Below are positions 44,601-52,740 of a stretch of 64,000 nucleotides of DNA, in pieces; position 1 is the stretch's first letter, and each line of letters opens with the position of its first letter. The DNA is taken from positions 1 to 64,000 of the IMG/VR virus record IMGVR_UViG_3300027674_000001. One strand, given 5' to 3'. Made by a program: the position numbers and the translations under genes. The DNA is from a virus. Under the pieces are notes generated by a model, which had not been told where the DNA came from, did not search any database, and saw only the letters and a list, made by a program, of their open reading frames with translations.

Positions 44601-47379
44601 GGGCGCGGCCATCGAGGCGACTACCGCGCAGATGAATCAAGCGACCGCGTATATCAATCAGGCATCAGCGGCGACTAATACAGGTAGTAGTGTCATTGGC
44701 GCTGGCGGTGCCGCTGCCGGCGCCTCTGGCTTTAGTAGTTTCCTTGGCGCCGTTGGGCTATTTATCATAGCGGTGGGGTTAATCAACCAATACACATCCC
44801 GAGAGGATGCAGCCCAAGCAGCCCGCGAATTTAACACTCAAGGTGATATCTTTATCGGGAACCTGGGTCCGTCGCTAGCTCGATACATTGTCCAGCCACC
44901 GCGTCTCCCGACTGGTATTGGAGGTGATCCTCCGCACGGTCCTGTGGGCGATGAAGGTGGTGGCGGTGGCCACGATCCTGGCATAATGAAGTCCGCTGCG
45001 GCAGCCGTACAATCGTTTCAATCGGCATATGGCGCAATCGGTGCCCTAATCAACAATCTTACTGCGGTAGGTAGGCAATTTACCTCCGCTATTCAATCGT
45101 TCCTATTGCAGCTGCAATCCGCCATGGGCGGGCTCATTACGTTTATGCCCAACGTGAGCGTGCTACTATCCGCCGACGGTAAAAAGTACGCCGTCACGGT
45201 AGGCGGCGCGGTAATCGGGTTCTTTAACAATCTCACCGACGCCACTAACGCCGGAATTATTGCTGGGCTACAGCACGCTACCTTTACTGGTGCCGCGAAG
45301 GCTATCGAAGACTACATACATAACGCGGTTAATATCCCGGGTATGGACCCGCAGACCCTTCTCAACAATGTAAAGACTCTAGCGGGTATCCTCCAAGCCC
45401 AAGCCGATGTACTCGCGGGTGCTGGCGCGGCCATCGCCAACGCGATGCAGAAGATAGTAGACACGGCTCAACAGGAGCGAGCCGCTGTCGAGTCCATGGG
45501 GATTAGTGGCGCCGATTTAATTACATTCCTTAAGGCCATCGGTGACGCTGAAGTCGCTGGCATCATGCAGCAGCGAAATCTCCTCACTGGTACAAAGGAA
45601 ACCAATAAGCAGATCCAAGAAGAGCAAGCAGCGGCGTTCAATGCCAAACTAGCGATAGCGCAGGCTGAAGTCGCCACTGAGATATATACAGTAGAGGGGC
45701 AGATTCAAGCGGTCTTGGGCATGGTCAACTTCGGCATCGGGGTGATAACTCTAGCCCAGCTCCTGGTCCAGACCACGATCATTCTTTCACAGGCTGGTAC
45801 GGATTTCGTCAATAATTTAATCGCCGAATACAACGCGCTTCAAGGGCTGCACGACCAGCTTATGGCGATCAAGCCGGTGGCCCCCGGCGACGTCAAGGTA
45901 CCTGGCAGCGGTGCCACTCAATCAGTCACAACGCTAGCTCAAGCTCTCCAAATTCTCGATCAAGCAGCACTCGCTCTGGCCCAATTCGGCCTATCCGCGT
46001 ACCGGGCTGCACTCCTCAAAATCGAAACCGATATCCATAATCAGGAGAAAGGGTTAAGGGCTACCTCTCAAGCCTATCGTGATCTAGAGCAGGCCGAGCG
46101 CGACCAGATAGCCCTTCTCAATGCGCAAACCCAAGCGGCGACCGATGCCACGGTTATCCCCCTCATCCAGCAAGCCCATGGGATATCTACATTCCGTATA
46201 TCCCTCGCCACCCTTCAACGTCAATTCGATGACTTGTATGCTACTGAGAAAGCCCTAGGTGCGGGTAGTGCGGAACTCGGCCGTATCCGGGTGGCCGAGC
46301 TCCAAGCCGAGCACAATCTAGTCATGCAGATAGTGGGGGCACTATCCCTCCCTATCGACACCGCCCAAGCCAACGCCAAGAAGTATTCCGACGCCATCGA
46401 GGCACTTAACATTGGCCTCGCCGATGGAGCTATTACCGCCTCTCAATGGGCCGCTGAGATGGCCCAGATTACTCAAAAGGCCCAAGCCGACATCCTCACG
46501 ATGATAGAGAACATCTATACATCGGTAGGGGATACGGCCGATGCGGAGAAGATAAAGGAGCAATTACAACAGATAAATTTTGAAATCCAATTGGCTCAGT
46601 TGCAAGTCATGGCAGCGGCGTTACTAGCTACTGGCGCTATAACCCAAGCTCTATACGATCAAGTGCAACGAATCGAGGCGTACTATACGGACCCAGCCCA
46701 TCAACCTAACTGGGCAGCTATCAATGCGGGTGCCAGCGCGGCGGCTAGCGGAGTCCAGTCCTCGGCTAGCTCCATAGCGTCTGCGCTACAAACCCTAATT
46801 ACCGCCTTCCACACCGCCAAAGACAACATCATGAAGCTGTACGATAGCCTTACATCGGGGACTATGGGAGGGGTGGCACCTGATAAGGCCATCGCAGCGG
46901 CTCGTGCCCAGTATGATGCCGCGATGGCCCTAGCCGACACGGGGGATCTCGTTGGCCTCCAGAACGCGCCCGCTGCCGCCCAAGCGTGGATTACCGCGCT
47001 AAAGGCATATAGCCCATCCTTGTACGATATCGAGTTGCCTAATATCGAAGCCGAACTATTGAAATTAGGCCACAGCACCACGGTACACGACGCCACCACC
47101 GGAATGACCTACTCTGAGCAATTGCAACAAACAGCTAACACCACCCTAGCTAGCATAGGTACCACCCTTACAGGTTCTGCTACTACCCTGAGTACCGGCA
47201 TGACCACTCTATCTACGTCGTCACAAATGCAGTCTGGCCTCCAAACCCAAATGGTGCAACAGGGCGCCCAAACCATGACTCTCCTCCGCTCGATAGACAA
47301 CAGGCTCGCTAACCCCCCCAATGGGTTAGTGGGACAGAAGCGCCCTACGGGGACTAATCAACTGTTAAGGGCAGCGTAA
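41614..47379 (+). CDS. Tail tape measure protein
   Basis: 1921 aa, Ala/Gln/Leu-rich and coiled-coil-like, with Gly-rich hydrophobic segments. Canonical position after the chaperones. Confidence 0.9.
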   Translation: MALDIGAIQATLTMTEDFSVVLAKVRDELDKTGVRTQQVGDNIDASTQKIQSAYNRLASSLDPATAGAIKYTQAHSTLSAALDKGIISHETYTTSLTAAGEKFLTAGTSAQSFRDLIAGVTEIAGQCGTATAELGGKLDSLIGNFSGLGAAVAAMGPLVLPIAAIAAALAVVAAGFEAVKISYDFIKDAVTEGMKTQAIIEQLNNTLRNTGSASGLSSADMIKYADSLQWVSGASKDAIIQGEGMLARFTKIGPDAFKPATQLALDFAQATGRDVPESFKLIGVALEGGQKAFRALVDVGIILDTGQKARLKDMLAMGDVAAYQALMMEALRSKVAGAAAAYEQTLAGSINRAEKELKAAKETIGSEVIPALEDLFRVVTGTAGGWDQIHIKIQSAATYIGEAVRNMVYGVASQLIEWNIDWYEAKASFLSFEEGLLSVSEPVSKFMSNVLHIPFVDISDKLNKVRTDIQDTTDDINTQAVNLATLTLQYNEHRKALEGNTIVLPKVKTGLEDLKAAQKSAGEAADGARAAVDKYIVSLQTQEATLSNSIASNQALLVALDSGLPAYEALKQRQITSDAVTKAITASNKTYQDQLISLDKTLSGLESKQDKDTTHKVNYGAAIVGVQEQIARLTSEHDKYIVKIKELIPLEIADKEAVAERDAALKATLANTQAVAIARAQLADAESRYTSTAAQVTIVIAAQNKAFSELHVMSGQAYDDRVRELTQQAQYIQGLKDQKFIQDQINAATDAMAKLRAQIADTNELNSVTQAYGATISGILSKYGLLSTSTRELNIQTQLRNDLQKDRIAANSKEAQDLEKFIRAQDAYTLSLKATQAQIEANQAVWKSYDATITNSNQQFLSGLNTLIETGKLNFQTFVTQLEDIWLKGIEQMIAAALERNVVDSWTRGLTGAANPGGTPSAQFAAAVAQFGTYVNALTTGSGLGGGVGGAGAGVWSGFSAPIANLSSASNVQQTAASNQQVAAVSQLSAADAFTKGAAIEATTAQMNQATAYINQASAATNTGSSVIGAGGAAAGASGFSSFLGAVGLFIIAVGLINQYTSREDAAQAAREFNTQGDIFIGNLGPSLARYIVQPPRLPTGIGGDPPHGPVGDEGGGGGHDPGIMKSAAAAVQSFQSAYGAIGALINNLTAVGRQFTSAIQSFLLQLQSAMGGLITFMPNVSVLLSADGKKYAVTVGGAVIGFFNNLTDATNAGIIAGLQHATFTGAAKAIEDYIHNAVNIPGMDPQTLLNNVKTLAGILQAQADVLAGAGAAIANAMQKIVDTAQQERAAVESMGISGADLITFLKAIGDAEVAGIMQQRNLLTGTKETNKQIQEEQAAAFNAKLAIAQAEVATEIYTVEGQIQAVLGMVNFGIGVITLAQLLVQTTIILSQAGTDFVNNLIAEYNALQGLHDQLMAIKPVAPGDVKVPGSGATQSVTTLAQALQILDQAALALAQFGLSAYRAALLKIETDIHNQEKGLRATSQAYRDLEQAERDQIALLNAQTQAATDATVIPLIQQAHGISTFRISLATLQRQFDDLYATEKALGAGSAELGRIRVAELQAEHNLVMQIVGALSLPIDTAQANAKKYSDAIEALNIGLADGAITASQWAAEMAQITQKAQADILTMIENIYTSVGDTADAEKIKEQLQQINFEIQLAQLQVMAAALLATGAITQALYDQVQRIEAYYTDPAHQPNWAAINAGASAAASGVQSSASSIASALQTLITAFHTAKDNIMKLYDSLTSGTMGGVAPDKAIAAARAQYDAAMALADTGDLVGLQNAPAAAQAWITALKAYSPSLYDIELPNIEAELLKLGHSTTVHDATTGMTYSEQLQQTANTTLASIGTTLTGSATTLSTGMTTLSTSSQMQSGLQTQMVQQGAQTMTLLRSIDNRLANPPNGLVGQKRPTGTNQLLRAA

Positions 47380-47407
47380 CGATAAATGGTTTGGGGCTTA
47401 ATGGCTT

Positions 47408-49774
47408 ATGAGTAACCATGGCACTACGCTAGGTGATTTCGCTCTCGGGGGGTTTCCGTCCGCCGATTCGCAATCAATCGCGGACCCTCTCCCAGGTATC
47501 CTATCTGACCCCAGCGCGCGGAGGGAGTTTCTATTACGAGCCACCCCCTCGGCGTACGTGGCAAAGGGATTTGTGCAAGATGGGTTTGTGAGCGGGGCCA
47601 ACGTGGATCTTAGCACGGGAGGATACACTAGTAAGCCAACCGATGCCCCCTATAAACTCTTCCCCCCTGGTGTAGGTAAACCCTATGCGCTGTCCGTGGC
47701 TCTTCCTCTCCCTGCCGCTCAGACCGCACCCCAGGACCCTAGCGCCAAGCCAGGCGACCCCGATCTATCCGGTGGCTCCACTCTCACCATCGGGGATATC
47801 ATCATTAACGATCCAGAGACGTTGCGTGACACCGATGCGCTCTATGATTGGCTAGGGGCTAACGTTGACCTGTACCTCGGTAAACCCGATGATCCGTTAA
47901 CCCTATTCACTCGATTCTTCAGTGGGGCCAGTGCAGGGATTAAGTACAATATCGATTCGTGGTCCATCCTGATGCGGGATGCGCGGTTCCAACTTAAGCG
48001 GCGCTTACAGACTACTAGGTATATCGGATCTGGTGCAGCGCTTAGACTATCCACTGCCGGTGATAAGGTAGTCATGGCTGGCTTCCCGTCCCAAACCGGC
48101 TCCATTACTGTAGAAGCATGGATAAATGTAACCAATGTTGCCACGAGTAATCAACGGTGGATATCCCAGGAAGATAGCACGGGCGCAGGCCATGGGTGGG
48201 AGTTGGGTACGGGAGTACCGGGCGACGTGAGATTCCTAACTCGTGGATTATCATCCGTTGCCATGGATACGGTAATCACCGTGGGGCGGCATCACGTGGC
48301 TTGTGTGTGGGATGCTGTGGCCAAGACTAAAACCATCCTAATCGATGGGGTGGTGGCAGGGCTAATTACGGGGGTAACCGGGGCATTGGCCGCCAGTTCC
48401 GCCCCTTTGCAATTCTTCACCGATACTCTGGGTAATCCCTCGGCCGCTGTGGGGACTACTCTAGATGAAGTGCGGATTTGGAACGTGGTGAGGACTCAAA
48501 CCGAAATCCAAACCAACATGGGGCGGGTGTTGGTAGGTAACGAAACAGGGCTCATCGGACTCTGGCACTTGGACGAAGGTAATGGCACTGCTACCGCCGA
48601 CTCTAGCCCAACCGGTGCCAATGGGACTATTACCGGGTGTCAGTGGGTAGGGAGCCTAGAGGGAGACTCATCGATCGCCGGCACTCCTAAACCTCGCGCA
48701 CTAGGGTTGAAGCGACAAGTTACAGGTAAGCTAGTAGACTCCCAGCACTTGGTATATCAACTCAATGACGGGAGCATGCAAGGGATTGACGCGGGCCGCG
48801 ACTCCGGAACTACGTTTACACTTGGGGTGGATCTCGCCGACATATACTCCGCTAGTCCTGCGCCCGCGACATACAACACATGTCTGGCTAAGGGACTCGC
48901 TCGTCTAGGCTCCTCCCCCATAGGGCAAATCACGTGGGATATTCGTGGGGATAACTCCGGCCCACTTGGATATCAATCCACCGCCGCTGGTATCAATCGC
49001 AAGATTGCTACCCAGTGGGGCGGTAAGAACGATCCTAGTGATTTAGACGTAGCATCGTACTCCGCCCTCAGTAGTCTCCAGCCCGCCACCATTGGACTCT
49101 ATTACGACTCTGATATAAACGTGGATGCAGCGATGGACGATGCCGTGAAGATGGCCGCGTGTTGGTGGAGTCCCACTCGCACTGGAACCATTACAGTTGG
49201 GCGGATCGATCCCCCTGAGAACCAAGTAGCTACGGTATCTCTCACCGCTGAGAATCTCGCAGACCCCGATGTAACCGGCACAGGTAGCTCAGCGACTCTA
49301 GAGATTGGGACACCGATTGGTGTAAGGGTTGGACACGTAATATTAGGTTACCGTCCTTATCAAACCGTTCTCACAGGCACCCAGAGTGCCCAGAGCCTAT
49401 CTCTCGCCACCCGTAATGATCTTGCCCAACCATACCGATGGGTGTACTCAGACGACCCCAACGCGAGCCCCGATGCCGACACGCTCACGATAGTTACTGG
49501 CATCGATGATCCCGCTGCCGCACAGGTTGAATGCGATAGACAATTGGTCATGTGGAAGGTGGACCGGCGAACCCGAGTAATGACGATAGATTCCGGCATC
49601 CTCTCATATTACATCGGGACGGTGTTTAACGTTACATTACCGCGATACGACCTCACCTCGGGTAAAAACATGACGGCTATAGGCATCGCTGAGGACATGG
49701 GGTCCCAGAGTACAGGGGGCGGGATGAGTAGCGCACCCTCCCCCGATAAATTCGACGTTACTCTGTTTAGTTGA
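47408..49774 (+). CDS. Distal tail/baseplate protein with an inserted LamG (concanavalin-like) domain
   Basis: First gene after the tape measure. ITVEAWINV...HHVACVWD...[17 protein letters not shown] matches the Laminin_G_3 pattern. Confidence 0.65.
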   Translation: MSNHGTTLGDFALGGFPSADSQSIADPLPGILSDPSARREFLLRATPSAYVAKGFVQDGFVSGANVDLSTGGYTSKPTDAPYKLFPPGVGKPYALSVALPLPAAQTAPQDPSAKPGDPDLSGGSTLTIGDIIINDPETLRDTDALYDWLGANVDLYLGKPDDPLTLFTRFFSGASAGIKYNIDSWSILMRDARFQLKRRLQTTRYIGSGAALRLSTAGDKVVMAGFPSQTGSITVEAWINVTNVATSNQRWISQEDSTGAGHGWELGTGVPGDVRFLTRGLSSVAMDTVITVGRHHVACVWDAVAKTKTILIDGVVAGLITGVTGALAASSAPLQFFTDTLGNPSAAVGTTLDEVRIWNVVRTQTEIQTNMGRVLVGNETGLIGLWHLDEGNGTATADSSPTGANGTITGCQWVGSLEGDSSIAGTPKPRALGLKRQVTGKLVDSQHLVYQLNDGSMQGIDAGRDSGTTFTLGVDLADIYSASPAPATYNTCLAKGLARLGSSPIGQITWDIRGDNSGPLGYQSTAAGINRKIATQWGGKNDPSDLDVASYSALSSLQPATIGLYYDSDINVDAAMDDAVKMAACWWSPTRTGTITVGRIDPPENQVATVSLTAENLADPDVTGTGSSATLEIGTPIGVRVGHVILGYRPYQTVLTGTQSAQSLSLATRNDLAQPYRWVYSDDPNASPDADTLTIVTGIDDPAAAQVECDRQLVMWKVDRRTRVMTIDSGILSYYIGTVFNVTLPRYDLTSGKNMTAIGIAEDMGSQSTGGGMSSAPSPDKFDVTLFS

Positions 49775-49795
49775 GAGGGTGAACGGTAGATTACC

Positions 49796-50650
49796 ATGGG
49801 CAACGCATACCTTCTGAGTTCTAAACTATCCGACGCGGCGACGATTGTGGCATCGGATGCGGTAGGTAACGCGGGTGCGGCCAACCTGTTGATATCGCGT
49901 CCACGGTTGAAGTATCGCTCGATAACCGCCACCCCTAACTTGGTACTGGACTTTGGGGCTCCCACGACAATCGATACCGTAGTCCATGGGTTTATCAACG
50001 GGATGGCGGGTGACACGTTTACTCTCCGTATGGCCAGTGCCCAAGGTAAGCTCACCGATGGCACGGCAGAATTTAATGCGGCGGCAATCGCTCAACCCGT
50101 GTGGCCTGTAGGGAGCAACCTAGCCGCGTATGATCAGATGCATCGTGGATATAAACTCCCATCGGCTCAAACCCTCCGATGGGCTCGAATCGATTACGGA
50201 TTCTCGGGTAACTCAGATGGATTCGTGGACATGGGACGGCTCATCCTCGGTAAGAGGATCGAGCCCAGTATTAGCGTTAAGGGTGGGTGGACCCCCGGTG
50301 GACTAGAGGCCATCGCGGAAACTGTGGACTTGAGTGGTGAAGAGAGCCCGCGTCAAATGGGGACTAAGAGAGATTTGCAAGCCACGTGGCACGATGTAAC
50401 CCAATCGGAGATGAACGCGATTTACGAGATGTTGTTAGAGAGAGGGAGTGCTAAGGATCTCGCTATGGTAATTGACCCAGACTCTATCTACCCGATGAGT
50501 CAAACAGTAATCGGGCGGGTTAAACAGAAGTTTACATTCCCCCAGACGATTAATACCGGGAGTGATCCATTGGGTAGCGGTGGACGTAGTGGGCTACACT
50601 TTACTGTGGTGGTGATAGTCAGTGAAATGGCACCCTTGCTGATGAATTGA
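49796..50650 (+). CDS. Tail-tip-associated protein
   Basis: 284-aa ORF in the tail module. No motif recognised. Confidence 0.5.
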   Translation: MGNAYLLSSKLSDAATIVASDAVGNAGAANLLISRPRLKYRSITATPNLVLDFGAPTTIDTVVHGFINGMAGDTFTLRMASAQGKLTDGTAEFNAAAIAQPVWPVGSNLAAYDQMHRGYKLPSAQTLRWARIDYGFSGNSDGFVDMGRLILGKRIEPSISVKGGWTPGGLEAIAETVDLSGEESPRQMGTKRDLQATWHDVTQSEMNAIYEMLLERGSAKDLAMVIDPDSIYPMSQTVIGRVKQKFTFPQTINTGSDPLGSGGRSGLHFTVVVIVSEMAPLLMN

Positions 50651-50663
50651 CAATCAAGCCAAA

Positions 50664-51080
50664 ATGTGCTATGGTCCTGCTGTGATAGACGCTGAATATC
50701 TTAATGGAGGCGAACCTGGTTTATCCCAGACTCTGGCCCCTTTGCGCCAATCTACCACTTACACGTATGGAAGAGATCTGCGATTAATGGCGTGTCATGT
50801 GATTGATTTGCTAGATAAATCTGGTAAAGCTAATTACTGCTCTAGAAAGTGTTTTGGCGAGAGTAAACGTGCCGGTATGCCTGGTCGTATTTATTGGAAG
50901 ACCGCTATGGACAATTATTTTGTCAAATATGCTCGCAGGGGAATGGTGTTATCTGATATGGTTCCTGTGTTGTCATCGTTGACGGAGTTTGCAGGTATGC
51001 GTGTTACCGTCCCGGCTTTGAGACGAAGATACAATAAACTGAAAGATGCCGGCGTACTGTTACCTCAACTAGGAGAGTAA
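50664..51080 (+). CDS. Hypothetical protein in an AT-rich island
   Basis: 138-aa ORF, visibly AT-richer than the flanking tail genes. Confidence 0.45.
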   Translation: MCYGPAVIDAEYLNGGEPGLSQTLAPLRQSTTYTYGRDLRLMACHVIDLLDKSGKANYCSRKCFGESKRAGMPGRIYWKTAMDNYFVKYARRGMVLSDMVPVLSSLTEFAGMRVTVPALRRRYNKLKDAGVLLPQLGE

Positions 51081-51084
51081 ATCT

Positions 51085-51984
51085 GTGTCTACTGCTTACC
51101 CGATACTCTGTTTGGTTCAGACTAGCACAACTGGAAACAGTACCCCGTACAACGTAATCGAGACTAGCATTAAACCAGGGTATAGGAGCCTCACCCAAGC
51201 TACGTTAGATCTATCGATAACTTCAGGTCAACAAGTGTACTACATATGCCGCCAATCCAATGTAACCAACGGCCCTGCGTTGTTTGAATATGGTAAAGGC
51301 ACTTGGGACAATGTCGCTAAAACTGTCTCTCGTGACAGTATAATCCAGTCCTCAAATGGCGGTAATAGCGTGGCATGGGGGGCATCGGTAAAGGATCTTT
51401 ACGTTAGCGATGTGTCTGGTGCTCTATTTCTCCAAGCGGCGAATAATCTAAGCGATCTAGCTAACATCGCGGCGGCTAGAGGGGTATTGGGGTTGGGTAG
51501 TGCCGCTTTGGTTGATACTGCGGCTGTAGGAGGTAGCGGAGAAGCTGGCGAGGTACCACTACTAGACGGTGGAGGTAACATCCCCCTGTCGATGTTGGGT
51601 AATGCACCAGGAGCACCATTCCCTGCTGGTACCGCTCTCCCTTTCTATCAAGACTCCGCGCCCCCTGGTTGGACGATAACAACCGCTATAACAGACAAGA
51701 TTCTAAAGATAACCAAAGGGAGTGCGGCTAGTGACACGACTGGCGGAACTAGTGACGGTGGTATTGGCGGATGGGATAACAGTTGGGGGATAACAGTCGC
51801 TGGCCATGTGCTAGGTGCTACGGAGGTACCTGTTTCGGTAGCTGGGACTGCCGGGTCTAGTGGCCCTCCCACTATCGCGGATCTCGTCACGTCTCAAGCC
51901 TCAGCCGCGCACGCGCACACGCTTTCTAGTTCCACCCAATGGAGGCCACCAGCAGCCTATTTCATCATTTGCACCAAGAACTAG
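51085..51984 (+). CDS. Tail fibre protein with a C-terminal tail-collar-like domain
   Basis: FPAGTALPFYQDSAPPGWT and the terminal AHAHTL...PPAAYFIICTK resemble the phage tail collar domain pattern (P.GW ... H.H ... P.y..l.y.I). Confidence 0.6.
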   Translation: MSTAYPILCLVQTSTTGNSTPYNVIETSIKPGYRSLTQATLDLSITSGQQVYYICRQSNVTNGPALFEYGKGTWDNVAKTVSRDSIIQSSNGGNSVAWGASVKDLYVSDVSGALFLQAANNLSDLANIAAARGVLGLGSAALVDTAAVGGSGEAGEVPLLDGGGNIPLSMLGNAPGAPFPAGTALPFYQDSAPPGWTITTAITDKILKITKGSAASDTTGGTSDGGIGGWDNSWGITVAGHVLGATEVPVSVAGTAGSSGPPTIADLVTSQASAAHAHTLSSSTQWRPPAAYFIICTKN

Positions 51985-52002
51985 GAAAGCGAGACATTAC
52001 CG

Positions 52003-52731
52003 ATGAGCGAGATAGATCACCCGTTCCGCAATGCCTTCAAATGCCGTCTGTGGGTTAAAGGAACCGCATGTCTGTGCCCTGCATGGTTATCAGTCACACA
52101 GGAGCACGATAAGTCCACTGGCGAACCGTCGAGCCACGTCACTGGGTGTGCGTTTCAACTACTCCCGTGGTTACTGACAGGCCCCATCGTCAAGTCATCG
52201 CAGGTATTAGATGAGGTAGGGGCAATGCGCAAGGACGTTCAACATGCCCAGAGAATAGTCGGGGATTTGAGCGTCCTTGCGAGGATAGGTGTAACTATGT
52301 TAGCAGCCGCCAGGGATTCGGGTAATGGACAAAATCTGCATCTCACCAAGCTCTTCTCCAGGAGGGATGAAATCCTGCCAGAAGATAATCGAAGTGGTAC
52401 ACCAGCCAGTGACAAGCGCCTCGCAAGTGGGGATCAAGCTACCGAGACACCGGAGCTGGACTTGGCCCCCACTAGCCGTATTGACGAACACGGCAACCTC
52501 GATAACGTTGCCACCGTTGCCGAAGAGGGAGATTCCCGCTACTCGTCCAGTGACGTAGATGCCAGGAGTCTGGGCGTGGGCGGTAGCGGTACTGGTGAGA
52601 GCGCACAGGGTGAAGATAGTAATGGCGATGGCGCGGACGGCGCGGACGGCACGGACGACGGTTCTCCTAGTCATGGTCATGGCTTGTTTCCTCCTTTGTC
52701 TATACCTTACAACCCCACACCATACGCCTAA
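52003..52731 (+). CDS. Hypothetical acidic protein
   Basis: 242-aa ORF. Its C-terminal Gly/Asp-rich tract is encoded by 9-bp repeats (GGCGCGGAC). Confidence 0.45.
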   Translation: MSEIDHPFRNAFKCRLWVKGTACLCPAWLSVTQEHDKSTGEPSSHVTGCAFQLLPWLLTGPIVKSSQVLDEVGAMRKDVQHAQRIVGDLSVLARIGVTMLAAARDSGNGQNLHLTKLFSRRDEILPEDNRSGTPASDKRLASGDQATETPELDLAPTSRIDEHGNLDNVATVAEEGDSRYSSSDVDARSLGVGGSGTGESAQGEDSNGDGADGADGTDDGSPSHGHGLFPPLSIPYNPTPYA

Positions 52732-52740
52732 AGGTGGCCA

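Noticed and set aside
41943-47321. Several 60-130-aa minus-strand and off-frame ORFs inside the tape measure gene
   Set aside because: All lie within the continuous 1921-aa frame. Ala-rich genes generate long antisense ORFs by composition alone.
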